Shown one piece after another: positions 1 to 16,139 of a stretch of DNA of 64,000 bases. The first letter of the stretch is position 1, and each line of letters opens with the position of its first letter. The translations under genes and the position numbers were made by a program. Origin of the DNA: Eledone cirrhosa (Eukaryota); NCBI GenBank assembly GCA_964016885.1, contig OZ024745.1:61752001-61816000 (forward strand), in the 5' to 3' direction. The notes under the pieces were generated by a model. It saw nothing but the letters and a program-made list of their open reading frames with translations. It ran no database searches and was not told where the DNA came from.

Positions 1-1875
1 GCTGGTGTAAAGTATACTTATACTTCGATAGCTTTTAATGCTCAGGCATTCATTAGAATTTACACAGGATATAATTAATAGGTTTATCACCAATACGTCA
101 ACATTTATACCCACATAAACGAATATTTAACAATCTCATTGAATATAAGCGTAAGTACTGGTGTGCAAATTGCAAGTAGACATGTTAAAGGGCATAGTAA
201 TTCATACAGCTATAAGCCGTTCAGTTACTTGTGGCTAAATGTTTAACATTGCATTGTAAAATTAGATTATGATTTTGCTTAATATGAAGACGGGCAATTG
301 ACGGAGGCTGGATTAGAGCGGCTCACAAAATGCTTTGCACTATTCCAGCTCTTTGTGATCTGTGTTCAAATTCCGCCGAAGTTATCCTAGCGTCGCAACA
401 TTTCAAGGGCCATTAAATAAGGTACCAGTGCAAAGGGCGGACAGTTGGCGAGATCGTTTGAATGCAGGACGGTTTACGGTATTTGTTGCATCATTTTGCA
501 TTAGGAGTTCCATACCTGTCATGGCACCACCCATCCCCCATGGAAAGGATTGGAGTATCATCATGTACACATCCTTAGTTAACCACGAGATCCATGGTAA
601 TCAAACTGATAAGAGTATGCGATACCTGGTGATGTTGATGATGATTACGATAACATATTGAAAAAGAAAGTTTGTTTAAATTTAAACATTATCCAATATT
701 TATCTCTGGTAGTTTTTCGGTATTCAGCATGACGTGTACTGTAGAGATTTGCAATTTTAGTAATATCTGTCGTTTTATAATATGATAACATCACCAAACT
801 CCTTCTTATTCTGTTACATTTACAGCCTTTTCCAAATGTATCATTGAAAAACAACTTTTATTTTTTATGTATCCATTTGTTTTAACTTGCATTTATATAT
901 AGAAATATTTGTATTATGTTTGCAAATGTAGATAATGTAATGTCATTTTCTCTAAAACTACGCATTATAAAACTGCTTTATGCGGTGGTTATTCTTTTGT
1001 TTTCAAAATAGTAATATTTCTGTCTGTCTAAGTATTCTTCATATTTTCTGATCATATGTGATACATTTCTCTTTATGTTACTTGAGGATTATCTTGTGCC
1101 ATTTGAGTTATTTTATTTGTTTCATGTCGTAAAACATTTTTCACCTCTTCAAGTTTATTCTTACAGTCTTCCTTTCTTCATAAGCTGTCCTTTTCTTTAA
1201 CATCATGTATTGATTATTTAATCTCAAAAGCTTCCATGACCAAATAAACACAAACGTATGAGAAGAGATTCAACTCACGTAGATCTGATACTTTACTGGA
1301 AATTCGCATCCAGCTTAGTGCTGTGGCTTAAGGATCATAATTCCCTGTTGTACTCACTGGTCAAGACACTAAATTAAACTGTTGAAAATATTTAGTTGTA
1401 TATAGGTATTGCTGTAGGGTACTGAAAACAATTATAATAAGAATTCTGAAAAGGCTGACTCACTCAAAATGACATTCAAAGTTTCAGCATGACATTCAAA
1501 GTTTCATTTATTAAATAGCTATGGTAGACGTGATGGGCGGAACTCATTACTCTTTTCAGGGACATTGACATGTGAGAGGAAACCTGTTTCAGAGTGAAAG
1601 TTATCCTCAGGGAACCTAAACATCATTGAATCTCTTAAGAGTTAAGTCGGCAAAGGATTAACTCTACACCAATCCATTGTTATCTACGAACATAATTAAA
1701 TGCAATAACACCTGACCCCTCAATAAGGTGTTTATGCCATTGGCTTGTCAACGGTGAACTCAGTCCACACGGTATCAAGGTATTACATACATATACCTAC
1801 GCGTAATTGCCATTCTCCCTACATAATGTATGCAACTTTCAGAAATATTCCCCGACTATATACTCCAACAAATCT

Positions 1876-1975
1876 AATCTGACATATAGATGTTCTCCGA
1901 AATCTGACATATAGATGTCCTCCGAAATCTGACATATAGATGTCCTCCGAAATCTGACATATAGATGTCCTCCGA
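1876..1975. repeat. 25-bp tandem repeat x4 (AATCTGACATATAGATGTCCTCCGA)
   Basis: Four consecutive units starting at 1876, 1901, 1926 and 1951, with one mismatch in the first. Each unit contains the hairpin GACAT-ATAG-ATGTC. Confidence 0.95.
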
Positions 1976-2569
1976 AATAAACCATAAGTTCTATAACCAG
2001 AACCTAAAACAATCAAACCTAAGCCCTGGAAACACCAATTAACCTAATCTAAAAACTATTCCGTTTAACGAACCGAAAATTCCGTAGTCACAGGGTTGTC
2101 TAGTACAAACCATAATCCGCTTAACGAATCAATAAACCCGAACAAATTAACAAAATGATGCCACTCGCAGGCCTAGCAATGAATGACCAATTAAAACCGA
2201 ATATACATTCACATTAAAAAATTGGAAACAACTTGCCACCTTAACAAACGACAGAAAAAGACCGTACATTAAATATAAACATAATTTCAAACAGATTAAA
2301 CAATACAAGATAACGCAGAGAAACATAGAATGAATGAAACTCGAATCAGGAAGCCATTACAATCCAAATAAAACACAATTTTAGAGATTAAGGTATAAAA
2401 AATATCATACATAAATAAAAGTTATTAAAAGAATATCTCATCGAACTACCGCCACTTGCCTAAACTGAATACTAACCCATACAATCACTAATACTCTTTT
2501 ATTCCTAATTAAACCATTTTTCAACTGTGAACATTTTTCAACTGTCAGCATTTTCTATTCCGTTTACCA

Positions 2570-4680
<2,111 letters not shown>

Positions 4681-4709
4681 ATGTGTCTGTTGATTTGGCA
4701 TATTGTTGA

Positions 4710-5262
4710 TTAGTTTAAGAGAAGTTCGAAGATAATAGTAAGATATGCACTCAGTATTTTGAATCTGTCTGCAGAATTCCCTAGACCTTTGTCACTTAGC
4801 AGAACCTTAATGACTTTAGCTATTAAAGAATCTCCCTTTTCTTTAATTCTATCGAGCATGAATGACCCCCCCACTGATTTTATAGACATCTGCTAGCTTA
4901 AGAGAAACTTATTGACAAGGAATGGTATGCCATCCGGAACCTGTTTATAGAATTCTGTCTGCCTTTGTTACTCTAAAAACATAAATAAATATAAATTAAC
5001 TATAGCTATGTAGAATTAGCTTTTAATGAATTCCCTTCTCTATCAACCAATGACCTGCACCCATCCCACTCCCACCCTCTCCTACCACTTGTAGAGACCT
5101 ATAAATACCATATTTATTTTTTGATACCCAGATTCCTGATGATTTCTAATGAATGAAACAGTTCTAGTCCTGTAGAATCTCATCTATATTAAAACTGTTA
5201 TACTCTGCTATGTATTGAGTACCTTACTTACTGTGGTTACCTCCGATTCAACCCGGAATAAC
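4710..5262 (+). mobile_element. Degenerate Penelope-like element 3' end (HHR + tail) abutting (TA)n
   Basis: The HHR is followed by the tail GTATTGAGTACCTTACTTACTGTGGTTA..CCGA, which recurs at 25841-25890 (+) and 47811-47858 (-). The 5' boundary is uncertain. Confidence 0.5.
5130..5180 (+). ncRNA. Type I hammerhead ribozyme fold (PLE-type)
   Basis: Helix I AGATTC/GAATCT; core CTGATGA at 5136-5142; helix II TTC-taat-GAA closed by T.T; GAAA at 5155-5158; helix III CAG..CTG; cleavage triplet GTA. Confidence 0.75.
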
Positions 5263-5460
<198 letters not shown>

Positions 5461-5835
5461 ATGTCACTTCCTGACACATTTAAAACATATAAATATGTAC
5501 ATAGTTCACACCAAAAGTTATATGGAACAGAAATAACGCGCAGTATTTATTCAATGCGAGTCACGTCTCATTACACCAAAGAAGATTTATCCATTTGATT
5601 TAAAAAAAAATCGATATAATGGACCTCACCCATCGAAGGCAATACTTTTGCATAGTTGAATCCCAAGGCTCAAAACAACAAAAGAATATATATATATATA
5701 TACGATAGTTTCCATTTATTTAATATCGTATGTCTTTTAGACTTTTCGTATATCTACTCCAAAAACTTGTCGAGTGCTTTATAGCAGTTATAAAATATTT
5801 ACTTGTTGTATCCCAACAATTTTAAATAGAACTTT

Positions 5836-5879
<44 letters not shown>

Positions 5880-5908
5880 GATCAAAAGATGGTTAAAAGA
5901 GTTCCATG

Positions 5909-5979
5909 TATTTTATTATGCGCATTTCAAAAACAAATATCATCATGAGATGACATTTGCGTTTTCGTCAGATAAAATA
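5909..5979 (-). ncRNA. Type I hammerhead ribozyme fold, canonical core
   Basis: Minus strand reads TATTTTAT CTGACGA aaacgcaaatgtcatc-tcat-gatgatatttgttttt GAAA TGCGCA TA ATAAAATA. This gives an 8-bp helix I, a ~15-bp helix II and a palindromic minimal helix III. Confidence 0.88.
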
Positions 5980-6304
5980 GGGAGACATGACATGAAGGTA
6001 AAAAAACACTTGTGAATAGTGCAGTTTTAAATCAACATATGAAAAGTAATTTAAGATTGATGTGTGATATTGGGAAAAAAATGAGGAGGGGTCGGAAAGG
6101 ATGAAAAAGAGGAGGAGATGAGAGTAAAGAATGGTGGGGGAGGAGTATAATAAGGAAGGATGAGATAGGAAGAGAGATGAGAAAGAGAGAGATAGCCTTT
6201 ATAACTGAGAAAAAATATATATTGTTTCACAGAGAGAGGTTAAAAAGCCGTTGGAAGATAATATATAATTTAAAAGAATTTGAAAATTGATGAAGAGAAA
6301 AAAA

Positions 6305-6462
6305 ATTAAGAATAATATTAAATTAAAGTTTGTATTTTGAAGGGTTTAATAATATGTGCGATGAAAAGAAATTGTTAATATGTATTAAGAATAATATTAA
6401 ATTAAGGTTTGTATGTTGAAGGGTTTAATAATATGTGCGATGAAAAGAAATTGTTAATATGT
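6305..6462. repeat. 79-bp tandem duplication within a probable PLE remnant upstream of the 5909 HHR
   Basis: ATTAAGAATAATATTAAATTAA..GTTAATATGT occurs twice, with about 2 mismatches. Confidence 0.85.
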
Positions 6463-6606
6463 ATTATTAAAATAAAAATATTAATGTTATTAAGGATATA
6501 ATGTGAAAAGAAGTAGAAGAGTGGATGAACTATGAATTTAGAGGAATTAGTTAGTGTTTAAGTTTATCTGCATTGCTTTATTGTACTACAATAAAACTCA
6601 CCTCCT

Positions 6607-7006
<400 letters not shown>

Positions 7007-7058
7007 GTAAAAGGGAAACAGAAATAACAACACAATCAGTGCAATATATGGAACAATT

Positions 7059-7240
7059 GGGATTAGCAGTATCGGTAGAGGGTCGGACGCCATGCTTTCC
7101 AGCATAGTTACGTCCCTTTACGATCTGATGTCAAATCCTGCCGAGGTTGACTTTGCCTTTCAGCCTTACGGGGTCGATAAAATAAAGTACCAGTAATGCA
7201 CTGGGTAATTGCTGGCCTTGTGCCTAAAGTAGAAACAATT
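7059..7240 (+). mobile_element. tRNA-derived SINE
   Basis: Matches the window consensus: TGGCAGTATCGGT (A-box-like), GAGTTCAAATCC (B-box-like, degenerate in this copy), GCCTTTCATCCTTACGGGGTCGATAAAATAAAGTACCAG body and AGAAACAATT end. Confidence 0.9.
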
Positions 7241-7258
7241 ATATATATATATATATAT

Positions 7259-7371
7259 AAAAGAAATAGGATTTCGCTTCAAGCATAGCTTTATACAATA
7301 TGTATAAATATTTCGTATATATTTATACATATTGTATAAAGCTATGCTTGAAGCGAAATCCTATTTCTTTT
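7259..7371. repeat. Perfect 53-bp inverted repeat with 7-nt loop
   Basis: Arms 7259-7311 and 7319-7371 are exact reverse complements; loop TTCGTAT. Confidence 0.92.
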
Positions 7372-7476
7372 TTTATTATAAGTTGAGCCAACTTATGCAG
7401 CTTCATATGCAAATGAGCTTAATCACCTCATTTACACAGACGAGAAAAGTATATATTCTCGCCTGTCTTCTAGTCC

Positions 7477-7591
7477 ATTTGAATTAGCTCGACGAATTAA
7501 CGGAGCCGAATATATCAAAGGAATGTATTGAGTTAGAAACCCAAAATGGTCACTATATTCGGCTCCGTTAATTCGTCGAGCTAATTCAAAT
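7477..7591. repeat. Perfect 38-bp inverted repeat with 39-bp spacer
   Basis: ATTTGAATTAGCTCGACGAATTAACGGAGCCGAATATA (7477-7514) and its reverse complement (7554-7591). Confidence 0.92.
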
Positions 7592-7726
7592 TTAGAGAAA
7601 ACCCGGCTGCTATTTTTAGTGGCGTGAGTTTGCGAGACACGCTCAGTTCTGGCACCATGCGCGTTATATACGCACACTATCCAGTTTTTTAATATACTTA
7701 GAAGTGACCAGGATACTAATAATTCT

Positions 7727-7808
7727 TCACCCGGTGATGAGCTAGAATTTTGGTATTCCTCTTCACAATTAATATTGCGAAACAGAATTATCAAAACTGT
7801 CCGGGTGA
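7727..7808 (+). ncRNA. Type I hammerhead-like fold, C3G core variant
   Basis: TCACCCG GTGATGA GC..GC GAAA CAG..CTG TC CGGGTGA: 7-bp helix I and a GUC triplet, but the core reads GUGAUGA. Confidence 0.65.
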
Positions 7809-7999
7809 TTGGTAGTTACCACAATTCTGGTTTGTATTTATTTTTCTTGATTTATTCTTAAATTGAGTCTGGCAAACCCTATTATCTGTAGTTAGTATTC
7901 TTTTAACCTTAGCGAATCTGGTCCCTTACGATTTGAACACATATATGTATATGTCTGTGTTCGTTTTTCTTTTTTGTTCAGTTATATATATATATAGGA

Positions 8000-8094
8000 A
8001 AAGAGTCAGGACCCCGACGGCTGAGCTCCGGCCGTTTCGATAGCTAGATCCGAACGCGTTATGGTCCACATGGTTCCTTACCCCACTTTCTTTG

Positions 8095-8097
<3 letters not shown>
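8000..8097. mobile_element. Rearranged PLE-type fragment (HHR 3' half on -, element tail on +) between TA tracts
   Basis: The minus strand has GAAA CGGC cggagctca GCCG TC GGGG. The segment CGTTATGGTCCACATGGTTCCTTACC matches the reverse complement of 23727-23752. Confidence 0.6.
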
Positions 8098-8150
<53 letters not shown>

Positions 8151-8469
8151 GGATAGTGATATTGTGAAATCAAAAGTCACAAACAGACGACAGAAAGGTG
8201 ATAACATTGTGGGAAGAAAGAACGATCCTCGACAGAGAAAACATTAATCGTCCAGCTGCCACAGAAATGTGTGGTGAAAGTACAAGACACAATAACCAGT
8301 GTTATTCGACGAAAAACACGGTGGAAATTTGAATGTAGGGACATATAGAATGTATGGAATACGTAAACCATAAACCATAGTCCTGCAATCAGAGAGAAAT
8401 CTGATTGAGTCGTGTCAGTAAATGTAAATTTTAATCGAATACACAGAGGCATGTTATATATATATAAAT

Positions 8470-8817
<348 letters not shown>

Positions 8818-9232
8818 GTTCAATCCAACCTTTAGGTACTGCTTAGTAATCATTTTGATCAACTTGCCGATTCCAGTGTTGTTCCGAGCGAATCAATCTG
8901 GATATTTGAGGCTTGAGGATTCCATTTCTAGTCCCATTGTAGAAAGAACTCCAATTTATCCATTGTTATACCTGTCTAGATGCATTGTAGATATAGCTCT
9001 AGCGATTTGATCTAGAATTTGTTTCAACATTCAGCTTCATCCTTTAATTCTTGACGTACGTTTGTGTCTCATTCATTAGTATAAATAAGCAAGTTGGCGG
9101 TCAGTCAAGCAGACGCTAGAGGCTGCCATTGACTGCGACTTTATCAATACTTTGCGGAGTTAATTAGTTAATTAGATGTCAGTAACGTAATCGAAATGCT
9201 CCCAGATTGCTGTATATATTCTTTAGCTTGGT

Positions 9233-10116
9233 GATGCTTAAATTTCAGGGTCTTCCTTTTAAAATTCGACATTATCAAACCCAGCCTCGTCAACATAAAT
9301 CTCAAAACCGTGACCCTCACCCTGATTCTCGTCATAATCAGTCTCAATCCCCTTTCATCAATTTCAATTTCCCCAGCGTCAACTTTAATAACGCTATTAA
9401 TGCTGCAGCGATATTTTTTTTTTTAAATGAAGAGTAAAGCATTAGCATCAATCATAACAAACCGCAGCAGTGGAAAGGAATGTAAACATTTTAATGTTTT
9501 CGAAATTAGGTTTCTATAAAGGAATTATTGCATGACCATAAATATAAACATATTTACATAGGAAAATATACAACACAACAACGGTAAAACCAATAACATC
9601 AAATTAACCTTTTATTCATTATTCACATTTCTGAAATCTCTTAAAATATTCTTTAGAAATCGGAATAATCGTCTATCGGATAAAATAATCGAATAAATGG
9701 TTAAAATATATGATGGATTTTTGATTTGTCGTGTTAAATATAGTACAGTATATAATCTTTCGTAAATATATGCATATTTTCGGTAATGTAGGGTGGTGCA
9801 ATTTATTTATTCAAAACTTGTAATCCTTCGCAAAACTATGTTGTACAATTCTGAGACAAGTAATCACTGATGTAAATGTCTCAATCTTCAAAACGAAAAA
9901 AAAAAAAAAAAAAAAAAAATATAAATACAAATCGCCCCATCCTACTATAGCTCCCAAATTAAAGTTGACGATGATGGAATTTAAAGTTGAGACTGAAGAT
10001 AAGGTGATTGAGCTTGGTGATAACGAGATTAAGGATGGTGATGAAAAATTTGAGACTGACGTTGTTGAGTTTGGTAATGACGAATTTGAGCAGGGAATCC
10101 TGAATGTTCTGCATCT
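9233..10116. mobile_element. Old foldback/MITE-like element with degenerate ~155-bp inverted arms
   Basis: The reverse complement of 9233-9389 aligns loosely with 9958-10116 (shared ATTAAAGTTGACG start and CCTGAA..GCATC end). The arms are built of ~21-nt subrepeats. Confidence 0.5.
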
Positions 10117-12046
10117 CATCCAAACTGAATGCCAGCTATGTTTCCAATAATAAACCAATTTAGAATATAAAATAGAAGTCTAATTGTATTTCTCAGACAG
10201 TTGAAAAATCGACATATTACCCATAACTTTGTTGTCAATATTTGGTGATGCATTTTGAACATGAAAACTTCTACTCAGAATACTGCTTGGAGTTAAAAGA
10301 TGTATACACTCGTCCTTTACTAAAAGTGAAATGCATTAGGATAAATAATTTCTAGATGGTGTCTTTTCTTAAGAGAAAGAAAGCTTAAGATGGAAGCTTT
10401 CCAGGAAAATCTCTCTTTTAACACACATAAAATTCGTATTGTAGACAAATGTCAAAGTTATAAATATGTTAAATAAAGAAAAACAAAATAACATGATGAC
10501 ATATAAGATATTTTAACAATTACCAATAAATTTTCTTAGTAAGGTTTTTGTAACTTTTTTTCTCAGCAAGATAGTATTTGATCAACTCTTATAAAAACAT
10601 TGAGAGATGCTGCGATTCACCATGATAGAAATTGGAGTGTTATAAAAATCATATAATAAAGCCTCCAGCATTAAAGAATATTTATCATTAACTTATTTCC
10701 ACCGGAGGTAGTAAAGGTATTTCATCAGTTAAAGTATATAAATTTGGTACAAAGATTTATTTCATTTCTCAATCATTCCTTCCTCCCATTCTTATTGTTG
10801 TTGTTGTTTAGTCCCCAATCACCTCAAAGCTATTTTCTTCAGTTAAAATATCTACATGATTATACATGATTATGCAATTCTACTAACATCTAGCAGATAT
10901 TCCCTCGTTAGCTCTCGTAGCATAGAATGGTGAATTACAATTTTCTATCGTTTGATTTTACAACTAAACATACTGAATCAATGAGAACCTTCGTTAGATA
11001 TTTCAAAGTGCACCAGACTGATTCCATCGAAATAGAAACTTAACTGGCAGAGTCAGTAAAATATAATCCAACTTTATTTCCGTTACTAGATTACCAGAAT
11101 AGTTGAGAATAGAGAGTATAATGGCATTTCAAGAACATCTGCCATATAAAGCACTACAAGATTCTTAATATTTCTAAGGATATTAATAGACCTCTAAAGA
11201 CATGTAGGTACATTAAAAATTAAATGGGTCAAACAATGTAGGAGATCAGCTCGTTCTATTAAGTAACGCTCAGAAACGTACAGGTATTCGACTTGCACAT
11301 AGTTTTGCGTATCACAATGTCTTGTTCTCTCTGTTTAACTGAACACACACAAAATATAAGCTTTTGCTAATATAACATCTCAATATTCAGACAGCATCCC
11401 CAAATGTAATTCCTGCTAAGGAACAATTATGATTGGCAATATAGAAACATCATTCACGTAGCGTAATAGGTTATTTACCTGTCTGCCAGAATGATAGAAT
11501 CCTTGGCACAATGAAATGCACAAAGGGGAGAAAAAAAAATGATGTAAATAATTTATCAAACACTCAAATGATAATAATTTCTCCATTTCTTTGTCTCCCA
11601 GTACTTGCATACACCCAGGCAAACATTCAGACATACACATTTATATGTCTATAATTGTATGTAGCCGTGTGAGTGTATGTGTGCATATGGAAAGTATGTA
11701 TTTATGTGTTTGTAAGTGTGTGGGCGTAGCTTATTGGTTTCTTGATAGAATTTAACATACGTGGTCTTAGGCAATCATCCAGTCTAAATTGCTTTGCTGT
11801 TAGTTAGTTTGTTCATATCAACATTGTTTTCGCTGAAAACTATTAATATGAAAGTTGTCAACCAAGCTTGGCCTTGCCTGTTCTGGTCAGGTCGATACTG
11901 CTACTTCACACAATAAGTAAATGTATAGATACACACAAATATAGACATATACATTCACATACACGGTGGTTGATATTTATGTATGGAATATATACATATA
12001 TAATATATATGCATATATATATCAGCATCTTTCTATACTACCAAAT

Positions 12047-12047
<1 letters not shown>

Positions 12048-12137
<90 letters not shown>

Positions 12138-12300
12138 TACACGCACACACATACACACACACACACATATATATATACATGTGTATATATATATAAATGT
12201 ACATGTATGTATGTATATCTGTTAACATAACTACAAACAGATTTATACACAGATATCCCCCCCCCCCCCCCCCGCCCCCCTCTCTCTCTCTCTCTCTTTT
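12048..12300. repeat. (CA)n, poly-C and (CT)n simple repeats
   Basis: Direct reading. Confidence 0.9.
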
Positions 12301-12899
12301 TTTTTTCAGTATTATTTGTGATATACTCGTGGGGTTGGACAGCGAAAATTCTTTCAGCAAGATGTTTCAGTAACACGTTCGACTGTGTTGTCGTCGGATG
12401 GAGCTGCTCGGCAGGATGGGGCCAACAAGTCTGTTGCAGTTAGTGAAGGTCAGTGGAAATTATATGAACTGTTAACAACAGCTGTCGATGCATCGTTGGA
12501 GACTAAGCAATTCGTTTTACCATGCTGTATTGTTTATGACTAGCGCATTTAACGGTGTATGAAAACTGACGTGATTATCTTCCTTCATAAAATGGGTAGT
12601 CAAGCTATTTTGTAATTCCAAGATATTTTATTAAATAGAAATATTCATGAATGAAGCAAGAGAAATATTAATACAAAGGTGGTATAAATATTCCGAACAA
12701 GGTTTCGCCATTGGTAATTCTCAGATGTGAAATACTTTCTACAGAATGTACGTGTATACATACATACATGAACACATATATAAAACCTTATATGCATATA
12801 TACATATTACAAATATACGTACAAACGTACATATATACATTCATATATACATACATGCAAGCCTTCACATACGTATATACACATGGATGTATATACACA

Positions 12900-12967
<68 letters not shown>

Positions 12968-12973
<6 letters not shown>

Positions 12974-14880
12974 TTTAGGAATAACCAAAGAGTGCTTAGA
13001 AATACATTGTTTTATTTGCTAACAGTGAATGAGGGTGTCACTCAGCATGATGAAAAAACAAACCAAGCATAGATACATCAATTCACAAGCAGTGCAAATA
13101 CATGATTTACAGGCAGAGTATGAAAGCTTGTAAGCAGGAGTCAGTAAACAGAAAAGTTGGTTAGCTGTGGTGTAGCTTTACAGGCAGGATTGTTTATAGG
13201 AAAAATGGTGCACTCCAGTGGTATCGCCTTGTAACAGGTTGATTTCTCCATGTCCGGCCACCACCTCTATCTATTGGTTCCAGTTCCAAGCATTAGGCGA
13301 CATAATACTAGGTTTCCAAATACACGCATAGAAGATTTCTCTACAGAGGCAGTCTGCAACAAACACCTTAAATTCAAAACAGAATACAATGAAGTGAGGT
13401 AAAGCAGAGTACATGCACTGCTGGCACTCCAATGAAGGAAGTGGAAATAAAACGGGTCCACAGTCTTCACGTTCGGTTACGCAACCCAACATCCCACGTG
13501 AAATACACAGTATGGCCCAGTCTCCATCGGGCTAAAATGCCATACCATATGTAAATATACTACAGCAAATGCTATTCGTAATGGCTAGTTAGTCTCGTAG
13601 ACAGAAAGCGTATATAGAAAACTCCGCCTATGGAATTACCTAGGGCAGAGTGAAGGAAAAGTAGTTATGGTTAGGTTAATAGGCGAGCTTATTAGAAAAA
13701 GTGTAAATTTCTGGTGTGTGCAAGCACTGCAGACGATATAGTAAACTCACGGCTAGAACTACCGATGACAACAATGTTGTTTACATGTCCACCACGTGGT
13801 TTTCGTGTAGATCAATCTGGAGGTTGTAATCTTTTCACAGTAGGGTATAACCCCTCCTGGGTCGGCTGGAAGTCAATATCTACTGTCGCACGTTGCCTTT
13901 AATGTGATTTTATAATTATTAACCTAACCACCACTGCTTTTCCTTCACTCTGCCCTAGGTAATTACTTAGGCGGAATTTTCTATATACGCTTTCTGTCTA
14001 CGAGACTAACTAGCCATTACGAATAGCATTTACATATGGTATGGCACTTTTGTCCGATGCCGACTGAGTCATACCGTGTATTTCACGTGGGATGTTGGGT
14101 TGCGTAACCGAACGTGAAGACTGTGAGAGATAGCAGATATTGTTGACCCGTTTTATTTCCACTTTCTTCATTGGAGTGCCAGCAGTGCATGTACTCTGCT
14201 TTACCTCACTTCATTGTATTCTGTTTTGAATTTAAGGTGTTTGTTGCAGACTGCCTCTGTAGAGAAATCTTCTATGCGTGTATTTGGAAACCTATTATGT
14301 CGCCTAATGCTTGGAACTGGAACGAATGGATAGAGGGTGGTGGCCGGACATGGAGAAATCAACCTGTTACAAGGCGATACCACTGGAGTGTACCATCTTT
14401 CCTATAAACAATCCTGCCTGTAAAGCTGCACCACAGCTAACCAACTTTTCTGTTTACTGACTCCTGCTTAGAAACTTTCATACTCTGCCTGTAAATCATG
14501 TATTTGCACTGTTTGTGAATTGATGTATCTATGCTTGGTTTGTTTTTTCATCATGCTGAATAACACCCTCATTCATTTCTTGCTCTCCTCTCTCAACCTC
14601 CTTATGATCTATTGCACCATTTATCTGATAAACCTTTGACGTAATTTTTTATGACATTATATGTATCATGTATTGTGTGTTGCTCTATACAGCGCTGGAC
14701 TGGGACTCTTCTACTTGTCCTTCTTCCTTGTTCTGGTGACTAGGCTCGATGGAGCCTGCAACCTTTGATATATTTTTGTTTATAGGCTCCGATGATTCCT
14801 GCCCTAGGGTATGGATGAAACACTGTTAGCAAATAAAACATTGTATTTCTAAGCACTCTTTGGTTATTCCGAAACTTATA
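12968..14880. mobile_element. Long palindromic element A: arms 12968-13681 and 13917-14880, 235-bp spacer
   Basis: The arms are highly similar reverse complements with several indels. The right arm has an extra ~245 bp (14576-14820). A (TA)n tract abuts the left end. Confidence 0.9.
14786..14830 (+). ncRNA. Type I hammerhead-like fold, U4C variant, at the outer tip of palindrome A
   Basis: GCT CCGATGA t TCC TGCCC-ta-GGGTA t GGA t GAAA CACTG TT AGC, followed by AATAAA. Confidence 0.6.
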
Positions 14881-14985
14881 ACGGCTGTGTAGTATACTAG
14901 TTATCCTACATTGAGCTAAAACCACACTGACACACGAAGGACAATATATCTGTGCGTCTGTGCACATTAGTATAATTGTCAACGA

Positions 14986-15435
<450 letters not shown>

Positions 15436-15464
15436 CAGACAGTGTTTCGATTATTTTGATAAAT

Positions 15465-15571
15465 TAATTGTTTCTACGTTAGGCACAAGGCCAGCAATTA
15501 CCCAGTGTATTACTGGTACTTTATTTTATCGACCCCGTAAGGATGAAAGGCAAAGTTAACCTCGGCGGGAT
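15465..15571 (-). mobile_element. SINE 3' half
   Basis: Reverse complement of the SINE body and tail. Confidence 0.85.
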
Positions 15572-16139
15572 TATTTTGATAAATTAATAACGTACAGTAA
15601 TACATTATATTACTGTATGTTCTGGGTTCGAATATCTGAGTCCTTCATTTTCGGCCGTTGGAGAGTCGATAAAATAAAGTACCAGTTATTTACTGGTATT
15701 TATCCAGTTGACTATACCTATCAGCAAGATATTTTTGAAATTTTGTCCATGTTACCAATCGTTATATTCAGTTATCATTTAGCCCCAGGTCAAGCCGACC
15801 TGTAGCCAAAAAGCATTCACGCGATCCCAATTTCGTCTGAGTTTCAAGAAATGTTTGACTGTAATATTATTTACTATTTGAAGAAGGTAGTGTGTAGTTT
15901 GAGGGAAATGTTGCTCCTATTTCCAGCAGATAGATCGATATCGTAGAGATGTACTCTTGTTGGATTGTCAGTGTGTTAGTTGTAGTAGTTTAACTTGAGG
16001 TCAACCCTGATGGAGCAGCCAGTCGGTTGAATAATGAAACGTGACCCCCAGATGCATCCTCCCAGTAATATCCTGAAACCGTCAAAAACATAGATTACAC
16101 GCTAACATGCAGTAATGAAAGGTTTGTGGTATAATGTGA

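Noticed and set aside
1555-1616. Minus-strand CTGAGGA..GAAA
   Set aside because: No helix II, UH triplet or helix I closure.
10685-10735. Minus-strand CTGATGA..GAAA
   Set aside because: Helix III and the cleavage triplet cannot be formed convincingly.
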